Shown here: piece by piece, positions 1 to 6,907 of the stretch | Layout: every line of letters begins with the position of its first letter | How positions within the stretch are numbered: the first letter of the stretch is position 1 | Source: Gemmatimonadota bacterium | Lineage (GTDB): Bacteria; 4572-55; J002 | Assembly: GCA_003697105.1 (NCBI GenBank) | Contig: RFFQ01000009.1 | Coordinates: forward strand, 1 to 40,099 | Length of the DNA: 40,099 bases | Reading direction: 5' to 3' | Made by a program: the position numbers and the translations under genes | The notes under the pieces: generated by a model | What the model saw: the letters and a program-made list of their open reading frames with translations, nothing else | Database searches by the model: none | Told to the model about the DNA's origin: nothing

Positions 1-176
1 AGATCAATCTCCCGGTCACGATAAATCAGTTCATTTCCAAGCTTGCCCCGGCTGTCCTTATAGGTGAGTTCAATGGCAACAGAACCAATCCAGTTGACAT
101 CCACAACGGTTACAAAGCCATCCGGAAGGATGCCTTTTACAACTGCTCCACGTTTAAGTTCTTCAAGACGTGCCAT
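1..176 (-). CDS. N-terminus of a probable SNF2-family helicase (type found with DUF1156/DUF499 restriction-like defence genes); runs off the window edge
   Basis: Hand translation from ATG at 176 gives MARLEELKRGAVVKGILPDGFVTVVDVNWIGSVAIELTYKDSRGKLGNELIYRDREID, open to position 1. It resembles the conserved N-terminus I recall for these island helicases. No helicase motifs lie inside the window, and it is absent from the ORF track. Confidence 0.6.
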   Translation of the reverse strand, partial: MARLEELKRGAVVKGILPDGFVTVVDVNWIGSVAIELTYKDSRGKLGNELIYRDREID

Positions 177-202
177 TATGCTTCTCGCTTTGCCTGCATA
201 GG

Positions 203-400
203 TTACTCTTTTTGTGCCTTAGCACCATGCGCACCTCCGCCACGCACCCATTCATCCACCTCTTGCTTGCTGAATTTCCAAAGCCGACCGATTTTGTGAC
301 CCGGCATTTGCCTTTCACTTATCCACTTATAGACCGTATCCCGTTTGATCCCGAGATATGTCGCAATTTCATCCACGGAGAGCCATCGATCTTCCATCAC
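203..400 (-). CDS. Excisionase-family (HTH_17/MerR-like) DNA-binding protein
   Basis: 65 aa, WLSVDEIATYLGIKRDTVYKWI...MPGHKIGRLWKFSKQEVDEWV, the classic excisionase/AlpA-like HTH pattern. Confidence 0.85.
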   Translation of the reverse strand: MMEDRWLSVDEIATYLGIKRDTVYKWISERQMPGHKIGRLWKFSKQEVDEWVRGGGAHGAKAQKE

Positions 401-670
401 TCGTCTCCACTCATTCCGAGCATCTCATAAGGTTGTCTCGCAACGGCTTCTTTCCATTCGGTTGATGATAGGTTTACCATGAACCAGACTCGGATTTATT
501 GGCCTTTTGTCCAGGCAAACCTGAATAAACAAGAATAAAGTATATCAATCGAGGGTCTGATGTCAAGGAACATCTCCAAGTCAGCCCTAACGAATGTATA
601 TCTGTAATAATCTACGGTGCATAATAGAAGGGATTGCCCAACCGGACAAGCTTTGGACTTCGTCCGGAGA

Positions 671-700
671 AAACAGAGAATCTGGGGGCAAACAGAGAAT
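671..700. repeat. 11-bp direct repeat AAACAGAGAAT x2 (possible integrase arm-type sites)
   Basis: Copies at 671-681 and 690-700, about 150 bp inside the putative att junction. Confidence 0.5.
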
Positions 701-794
701 GAAAGGCGGGAAAGAGGGTGAATCAGGCGGGTGAAGAACGGGTCTGGAAAGATGTGAAACGGGCGCAACCCCTTTAAAACAAGGGGAAATAGAA

Positions 795-833
795 AACCCG
801 TCGTCCCGAAGAATGACCCCGGAGAGACGGGTT
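795..833 (-). terminator. Hairpin immediately downstream of the tmRNA
   Basis: Inverted arms AACCCGTC (795-802) / GACGGGTT (826-833), followed by T-rich sequence on the minus strand. Confidence 0.5.
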
Positions 834-846
834 GGTCTTTTCTAAA

Positions 847-1212
847 TGGTGGAGGCGGCGGGACTCGAACCCGCGTCCGGAAATATCGCAACTGGAACTT
901 CTACATACATAGTACATGTTTTAGACTTAGCTGGTTAGTCGCCCATGCACAAGCTCCTAACACAGCGCATCTCGTAGATATTTAATCCCTGCCGCTCCGA
1001 GACCATTGGCAAGGACGAGTTCGTCTGGTCGGCGCTCCAGATACATCCGACGAACCGAGATGTAACGGAACGGAACTACGCCGCTAAGGCGAGTTCGTTG
1101 GTTGCGAAATTATAGTCCGCAGTTCTATTTTCCCAGCCGTTTTACGCGTCTGCCGGAACCACGCGGTATGCCATTCCAGTCTTGTCTATCCCCGTCGAAA
1201 CCTGTCGCCCCC
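847..1212 (-). ncRNA. ssrA: tmRNA (transfer-messenger RNA)
   Basis: 5' end GGGGGCGACAGGTTTCGAC; 3' end GACGCGGGTTCGAGTCCCGCCGCCTCCACCA with T-arm and encoded CCA; acceptor stem GGGGGCG/CGCCTCC with the G3.U alanine identity pair; 366 nt; internal tag reading frame. Confidence 0.97.
1076..1120 (-). other. tmRNA proteolysis tag frame (A)ADYNFATNELALAA*
   Basis: GCG GAC TAT AAT TTC GCA ACC AAC GAA CTC GCC TTA GCG GCG TAG, after an A-rich AAAATAGAACT context; ends in the canonical ALAA. Confidence 0.88.
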
Positions 1213-1241
1213 GTTTTCAAGACAGCATTTAAGTGCGCCTT

Positions 1242-1270
1242 AACATATATATTTCAGGTGATAATGTCAA
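1242..1270 (-). promoter_or_regulatory. Sigma70-type promoter for ssrA
   Basis: TTGACA (1270-1265), 17 bp spacer, TATGTT (1247-1242), about 30 bp upstream of the mature 5' end. Confidence 0.65.
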
Positions 1271-1323
1271 GAGGAATACGAATTATCAGCTAGATATAAT
1301 CCATTTTGAGTCCGCATTTCCAC

Positions 1324-1352
1324 TTGACTTTTGCAGGGGTTTCGGGTAATCT
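1324..1352 (+). promoter_or_regulatory. Sigma70-type promoter for the pgsW run
   Basis: TTGACT (1324-1329), 17 bp spacer, TAATCT (1347-1352). Confidence 0.55.
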
Positions 1353-1402
1353 ACAATACCTTTTATATCCTCCAATTTGCATCCCTTTATAGGAGTCATA
1401 CA

Positions 1403-2515
1403 TTGTATAAAACTGATTTAAAATCTGTACGGATTCTGAGTGTGCTGGTAATTTTGGCATTGGTCGGTCTTATTATTGTAGAGACCTCACAGGTTAATGT
1501 CCCCAAACCCTGGCAAACGGAAAAGCGCCGTGCCAGCAAACAAATGTTGCGCTGTATGGAAACCATTAAAGAATATCGATTAAAAAAGGGCGTTTTACTT
1601 AGCGATCCGGATTTAGACCCGCGGATCGCCGCGTTATTGGGGCAAAATTACACCGTGATCACCACGGATCGCGGTTCGTGGTCGGCAAAAATATCGGCAA
1701 TGAATCCCAATTTTGCCGCGGTTGTCGTCTCTATGTTCAAAGAAGCCGGATTACGTGAGGGCGATGTGGTCGCCGTCGGGTTTACCGGATCGATGCCGGG
1801 CATGAATATCGCCACGCTATGTGCCATCGATGCCCTGAAATTGAAGCCCATCATCATTACTTCCGTTGGTGCTTCTGAATGGGGCGCCAATGATCCTGAT
1901 TTTACGTGGTTGGATATAGAAGCATTGCTTTATAACGAGGGGCTTATCCCTGCCCGAAGTATCGCCGCTTCTATTGGAGGCGGGAAAGACATTGGGCGCG
2001 GATTAAGTGACTTGGGTCAAGAAGCCATCCGTAATGCCATTGCCCGCAATCAGGTTGATCTGATTTATCACAAGAATCTGGAAGCAAATATCCGCCACCG
2101 CATGGCAATTTATGATAGTGTCGCCAAAGCAATGCAACGCCCCATCCGGGCGTATGTGAATGTCGGCGGCGGCGTGGCAAGCCTAGGCTCAACGATCAAT
2201 AAAAAATTCATTCAGTCAGGGCTTTCCAAGTCGATGCCTCGACGAAATTTCCCTACCAAAGGTGCATTGATCCTGTTTGCCGAACGTAACATTCCCATTA
2301 TTCACCTTCTGGAAATCGAGCGGCTGGCGCGCCAGTACGGCATTTATTCTGCTAGTGAAGAATATGTCCCCGCAGAATTGCTTGAAGTCGGCGTGGGCGA
2401 TGTGTTTGAAGAACGGCGATACCATGTTGGAATCGCCGCGCTTGTTCTGGTAGTCTTGATCGGGATCATCAGTGTGCTGGTCTGGAAAGATTTCAAACGG
2501 CACCGCTTACCCTAA
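1403..2515 (+). CDS. pgsW: Poly-gamma-glutamate system protein PgsW
   Basis: Motifs ITTDRGSWSAKISAMNPNFAA, GDVVAVGFTGSMPGMNIA, SVGASEWGANDP, ASIGGGKDIG and YVNVGGG; N- and C-terminal hydrophobic segments. Start moved to TTG 1403 behind AGGAG. Confidence 0.85.
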   Translation: MYKTDLKSVRILSVLVILALVGLIIVETSQVNVPKPWQTEKRRASKQMLRCMETIKEYRLKKGVLLSDPDLDPRIAALLGQNYTVITTDRGSWSAKISAMNPNFAAVVVSMFKEAGLREGDVVAVGFTGSMPGMNIATLCAIDALKLKPIIITSVGASEWGANDPDFTWLDIEALLYNEGLIPARSIAASIGGGKDIGRGLSDLGQEAIRNAIARNQVDLIYHKNLEANIRHRMAIYDSVAKAMQRPIRAYVNVGGGVASLGSTINKKFIQSGLSKSMPRRNFPTKGALILFAERNIPIIHLLEIERLARQYGIYSASEEYVPAELLEVGVGDVFEERRYHVGIAALVLVVLIGIISVLVWKDFKRHRLP

Positions 2516-2547
2516 TAATATCTTTTGTGTATAGTTTGAGGAATACC

Positions 2548-3507
2548 ATGCGCCTGAAATTATTGATGTCAATATGTTTGGTGTTGGTGTGGGTTCTAAC
2601 GGCATCTGCCCAACGGGTTTATGTCGCCATGAGTAATAGCAAACCTCACTATCAGGCGGCAGAAACCGGATTTTGGGAGGCGCTAAGCCAAGCCGGATTT
2701 CCAAAATCAGCTCTAACCACAAAAACATTTGATCTATCTATCGATAAAGGTCAATCAGCACTGGAACAAATTCAGGCAGAACCACCTGACGTAGTTTTAA
2801 CATTGGGTACGGGGGCAACCAAGTTCATCCGGGCTAAAGCCCCCGATATTCCGGTGGTCTTTGCGATGGTGATCTTTCCAAAACGAAATGGGTTAATCCG
2901 TAGTTTGAAACGCCCCGGTAACAACATCACCGGGGTCACCCTAGATGTGGCGATTGAGGATCAATTCAAGGTCATGCTCCAGACCCAACCCAGCTTAAAA
3001 CGGGTGGGTGTCATTTACAACCCGGAGGAAAATCGCCGTTTTATTACCCGCGCGGAAAAGGTCGCCGCGAATTATGGCTTAACGCTTGTCAAACAAGAGA
3101 TTCACCAGAGTAACAAACTCTCGCAGGCATTTGAAGCCCTCGCCGGCCAGATCGATCTCCTATGGATGATTCCCGATACAACCGTTTTTCCTCGGGACGC
3201 CAATAAACTTGCCTTTGCCCGCGATTATCTCATTAAAAATGCAACCCTGAAACAGATTTCAACATACGGGCTGGCTGAAAATTTCGTTCGTAGCGGCGCC
3301 ACGTTGTCGTTAATGGCGGATGTCACCGATGCCGGTAAACAAGCCGGTGAAATTGTCGCCCAACTCCTCAAAGGGAAACCAATCAGCCAGATTTCAGTAC
3401 AATATCCCCGAACCGTCCGCTTATCGCTCAATTTACGAACGGCAACCGCTATCAATTTACATATTCCTGCAGATGTTATCCAGCAGGCAGAACTAAAGAT
3501 CGACTGA
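2548..3507 (+). CDS. ABC-type substrate-binding protein (ABC_sub_bind family)
   Basis: Signal peptide; PDVVLTLGT, IPVVFAMV, PGNNITGV, KRVGVIYN, LWMIPD and LSLNLRTA motifs. Start moved to ATG 2548. Confidence 0.85.
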   Translation: MRLKLLMSICLVLVWVLTASAQRVYVAMSNSKPHYQAAETGFWEALSQAGFPKSALTTKTFDLSIDKGQSALEQIQAEPPDVVLTLGTGATKFIRAKAPDIPVVFAMVIFPKRNGLIRSLKRPGNNITGVTLDVAIEDQFKVMLQTQPSLKRVGVIYNPEENRRFITRAEKVAANYGLTLVKQEIHQSNKLSQAFEALAGQIDLLWMIPDTTVFPRDANKLAFARDYLIKNATLKQISTYGLAENFVRSGATLSLMADVTDAGKQAGEIVAQLLKGKPISQISVQYPRTVRLSLNLRTATAINLHIPADVIQQAELKID

Positions 3508-3511
3508 GTCC

Positions 3512-5227
3512 ATGGTCACCTTTCTGAAAAACATAAGTCTTCGCTGGAAATTCTTCTTGGGGTCGGGTTTGCTAGTCCTAATTTCCACGTTTTTGATGAA
3601 TTTCATCGCGGTGCATTTGGTCAAAGCCCGTGCGGAACTGGAATTTAAGCGACGTACCCAAGCTCTGGCAGAGAACCTCAGTTACAACGCCAAATTCGGG
3701 GTGCTAATTCAGGATAAAACAGAACTTGAAAATTTGACATCAGGCTTTATTGATAATGCGGATTTTGCCTATGTGGCGATTTATAGCGCTCAGGGGGATA
3801 CCCTCGCCCTGCGAATCAACCCGGCATTGCCCACCACCCGGTTGAGCCATTTGCTCCGGTGGGATCCGGCGTTGCTAGATGCGGAAACGTCGCGGAAACG
3901 AGCCTACGGCAATATGCGAGTATGGGAATGTACGCGATGGGTACAAGTGGAACATCAGAAATCCCTTCCGGAAGATGACCCCACCCTCCTCTATTACGAG
4001 GATGACCCCTATGAAGATTTTACCGCACCGAATACAACCGGTACTACCACTACCACCACTACCCAAATCGACCACTCGCAAGTAGAAGGTGTGGTGCGGT
4101 TAGCCCTTTCCATGCGCGCGCTGGAACGGGAAATTTTTAAAACACAACTGATTGGATTTCTATTTGCCATCCTATTTACCGCCATCGGTAATGGGTTTGC
4201 CTTTTTCTTTTCGGGGATCGTGGTGCGTCCTGTTTCGGAATTGACCCAAGCCACCCGGATCATCGCGGAAGGAAACTTAGAACACCGCATTGAAAAGACC
4301 AGCCAAGATGAAATCGGTCAATTGGCTCAAAATTTTAATGAAATGGCATTTTCCATTCGCGAAATTATCCGCCAATTGCGCATGATTGCCTCCCAATTAA
4401 CCAGTGCATCCGCCCAAATTTTAGATACCGCCAATAATGGCGCCAGTATGGCAGCCCAACAGGCGGTTTCCATCTCCGAAACCAGTGCGACAATTCAAGA
4501 GCTTGCCAAAACAGCGGAGCAAATTTCCGGTACGGCAAACCAAGTGTTTGACCGGGCAAATGCCACCTCCAGTAGTGTGAGTGATGGCGCACAAGCAATG
4601 GAAATGGCAACCGGTACCATGCATGAAATCAAACAACATACGGAATCCACCCAGCAGACCGTTCTGGAATTGGGTGAATTATCTACCCGCATTGGTGGAA
4701 TGAGCCAGATGATTGAAGAAATTGCGGATCGAACCAAACTGATCGCGTTTAATGCGGCAATTGAAGCTGCCGGTGCCGGGGAAGCCGGACGCCGGTTTAG
4801 TGTTGTCGCGAACGAAGTTCGTACTCTAGCCGCTCAAACCGCCTCGCTGACCAGCGACATTGAGGGGTTACTGGAAGAAATACAGGTTGCGGTCAAAAAG
4901 GCGGTGGAAGTCTCTGAAGCTAGTGTGGCAATGGTCGAAGAAGGAACAAACCGTTTGGAAGAAACCAGTAATGCCTTCAATCATATTCAAGAGATGATCT
5001 TACAAACCACCCGTTCTGCCCGGGAGATTTCCTTAGCCACCCGCCAGCAAGAAACCGCCAGCCATCAGGTGGTGGAAGGCATGTCGGAACTCGCCCAAAC
5101 GTCCCAGACCGCGGCTAGCGGGAGCCAACAGACCATGAACGCCGCCGCGGAACTGAATCGCCTCGCAGAACAACTTAAGCACATTGTCGATCGTTTCAAA
5201 ATCCATGATGAAGAGACGCAATTCTGA
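3512..5227 (+). CDS. Methyl-accepting chemotaxis protein (2 TM, HAMP, MA domain)
   Basis: Two TM helices; HAMP (RPVSELTQAT...DEIGQLAQNFNEM); signalling tip IADRTKLIAFNAAIEAAGAGEAGRRFSVVANEVRTLA. Confidence 0.93.
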   Translation: MVTFLKNISLRWKFFLGSGLLVLISTFLMNFIAVHLVKARAELEFKRRTQALAENLSYNAKFGVLIQDKTELENLTSGFIDNADFAYVAIYSAQGDTLALRINPALPTTRLSHLLRWDPALLDAETSRKRAYGNMRVWECTRWVQVEHQKSLPEDDPTLLYYEDDPYEDFTAPNTTGTTTTTTTQIDHSQVEGVVRLALSMRALEREIFKTQLIGFLFAILFTAIGNGFAFFFSGIVVRPVSELTQATRIIAEGNLEHRIEKTSQDEIGQLAQNFNEMAFSIREIIRQLRMIASQLTSASAQILDTANNGASMAAQQAVSISETSATIQELAKTAEQISGTANQVFDRANATSSSVSDGAQAMEMATGTMHEIKQHTESTQQTVLELGELSTRIGGMSQMIEEIADRTKLIAFNAAIEAAGAGEAGRRFSVVANEVRTLAAQTASLTSDIEGLLEEIQVAVKKAVEVSEASVAMVEEGTNRLEETSNAFNHIQEMILQTTRSAREISLATRQQETASHQVVEGMSELAQTSQTAASGSQQTMNAAAELNRLAEQLKHIVDRFKIHDEETQF

Positions 5228-6083
5228 CTTTGCCCCTGCCGTCTTCCGTTGCCGTAAATTCCGGCTTGATTTTTCCACGCATACCCACATTATGGGCATC
5301 CTTAATGTCACCCCGGATAGCTTTTCCGATGGAGGAAAATATCTCAACCCGGAGCGTGCGGTAGAACGGGCACTTGAGATGGTTCAAGCGGGTGCAGACA
5401 TCATTGATGTGGGTGGAGAATCCTCGCGACCCGGTTCAGACCCGATTTCCGCCTCAGAGGAAGTGGACCGGGTACTACCGGTGATTGAGCAACTTGCTCC
5501 CCTTCTATCCTGCCCGATCTCTATTGACACATACAAAGTCCCTGTTGCCGAGGCGGCATTAACTGCCGGCGCTAGCATCATCAATGACATCAGTGGGGCG
5601 CAATTTGAACCCGCCATGGCAAATGTCGCAGCGCAATTTGATGCCGGCATGGTGTTGATGCACATCCGGGGGAATCCAAAAACCATGCAAAACGCCATTC
5701 GATACGAGCATCTGATCGAAGAGATTACCGGCTATCTCCAAAAGTGCATTGAGCATGTCCGCCGCGCCGGCGTGGGTGCGGATCAAATTTTGATCGACCC
5801 CGGCATTGGTTTTGGGAAAACGGTGGAACATAATTTACAAATTTTGCACCATCTGGATCAATTTCAAACATTACCCTACCCAATTTTAGTCGGTGCATCA
5901 CGGAAGTCTTTTATTGGCAAGGTGTTAAAGGATTCCACTGCCTCGCGTCTGGAAGGGAGTTTGGTGGCGGCAATTCTGGCGGCAGAACGTGGTGCGGCAG
6001 TCGTGCGAGTACATGATGTCGCCGAAACCCGTCGGGCGCTGACCCTCGCAGATGCAATCTTCTGTGCGAAATCCGTAACCTGA
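5205..6083 (+). CDS. folP: Dihydropteroate synthase
   Basis: IMGILNVTPDSFSDGG, IDVGGESSRPG, ISIDTYK, INDISG, DPGIGFGK, GASRKS and VRVHDV. Exact start uncertain (5205 or 5208). Confidence 0.97.
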   Translation: MMKRRNSDFAPAVFRCRKFRLDFSTHTHIMGILNVTPDSFSDGGKYLNPERAVERALEMVQAGADIIDVGGESSRPGSDPISASEEVDRVLPVIEQLAPLLSCPISIDTYKVPVAEAALTAGASIINDISGAQFEPAMANVAAQFDAGMVLMHIRGNPKTMQNAIRYEHLIEEITGYLQKCIEHVRRAGVGADQILIDPGIGFGKTVEHNLQILHHLDQFQTLPYPILVGASRKSFIGKVLKDSTASRLEGSLVAAILAAERGAAVVRVHDVAETRRALTLADAIFCAKSVT

Positions 6084-6115
6084 GATTACTCACCCTTTAA
6101 ACCGAACACGGTGGC

Positions 6116-6871
6116 ATGATTCCAATCATCGGAAGTTGGCGCATCGGCATTTTGGACATTCTGGATATGCTGGTGGTCGGCTTTATTGTTTATCGCCTGC
6201 TGCTACTCATGCAAGGCACCCGTGCCAGCCAGATGGCATTAGGGTTACTGCTATTGATTTTTGCCTCGGTCCTCGCCCAGTTACTCCATTTGGGAGCGCT
6301 GGGCTGGATCGCCGAAACGGTGAAAACGGTGTGGGTGGTACTGTTTGTCATTGTTTTTCAACCGGAACTCCGGCGCGGGCTGATGGAATTGGGGCGAAAC
6401 CCCATTTGGCACGGTTTTGTAAAGACCCGCCCCGAACGAATCTCCGATGAACTGGTGCGAGCCATCCAACGCATGGCGGAACGTAAAATCGGCTCTATTA
6501 TTGCTATCGAGAGAGACGTCGGTCTCCGTAATTATGCGGAAACTGGTGTCTCCCTAGAAGCGAAAGTCAAGGCAGAATTGATCGGTGCAATTTTTACCGT
6601 CCCCTCACCATTGCATGATGGTGCCGTGATCATCCGGGGAAACCAAATCACGGCGGCACGGTGTATTTTGCCCCTTAGCCAACGTTCCGATATCGACGGC
6701 GCCTTGGGGACACGCCACCGCTCTGCCTTGGGGCTTTCCGAAGAAACCGATGCCATTGTCATTTTGACCTCGGAAGAAACCGGTGCAATCTCCGTCGCTC
6801 AGAATGGGCAGTTGCATTATCGCCTTACCATTGGTGATGTGGCAAAATACATTGAAGCCGCGTTGACATAA
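6116..6871 (+). CDS. cdaA: Membrane-bound diadenylate cyclase CdaA/DacA
   Basis: Three N-terminal TM segments, FQPELRR, and catalytic LHDGA and GTRHR motifs. Confidence 0.95.
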   Translation: MIPIIGSWRIGILDILDMLVVGFIVYRLLLLMQGTRASQMALGLLLLIFASVLAQLLHLGALGWIAETVKTVWVVLFVIVFQPELRRGLMELGRNPIWHGFVKTRPERISDELVRAIQRMAERKIGSIIAIERDVGLRNYAETGVSLEAKVKAELIGAIFTVPSPLHDGAVIIRGNQITAARCILPLSQRSDIDGALGTRHRSALGLSEETDAIVILTSEETGAISVAQNGQLHYRLTIGDVAKYIEAALT

Positions 6872-6907
6872 TGTATCCCGTTAGACGCATTCCAATAAGG
6901 TACTCTT

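Larger units (their letters stand above)
1..846. mobile_element. Edge of a probable genomic island integrated at the tmRNA 3' end
   Basis: Lies directly downstream of ssrA and carries an excisionase-like gene and a defence-type helicase start. ssrA is an established integration hotspot. The integrase and second att copy are not in the window. Confidence 0.65.

Noticed and set aside
170..430. 86-aa plus-strand ORF
   Set aside because: Shadow of the excisionase-like gene on the minus strand.
847..880. Possible tRNA gene
   Set aside because: Only a T-arm and acceptor half are present; they pair with a 5' end ~360 nt away, which makes it tmRNA.
496..891. 131-aa minus-strand ORF (MRYFRTRVRVPPPPPF...)
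   Set aside because: It is the translated tmRNA 3' end plus the att arm, a typical artefact.
1102..1293. 63-aa plus-strand ORF
   Set aside because: Antisense to the tmRNA and its promoter.
5210..5227. MCP C-terminus EETQF as a CheR/CheB-tethering pentapeptide
   Set aside because: It lacks the aromatic residue at position 2 of the NWETF-type motif.
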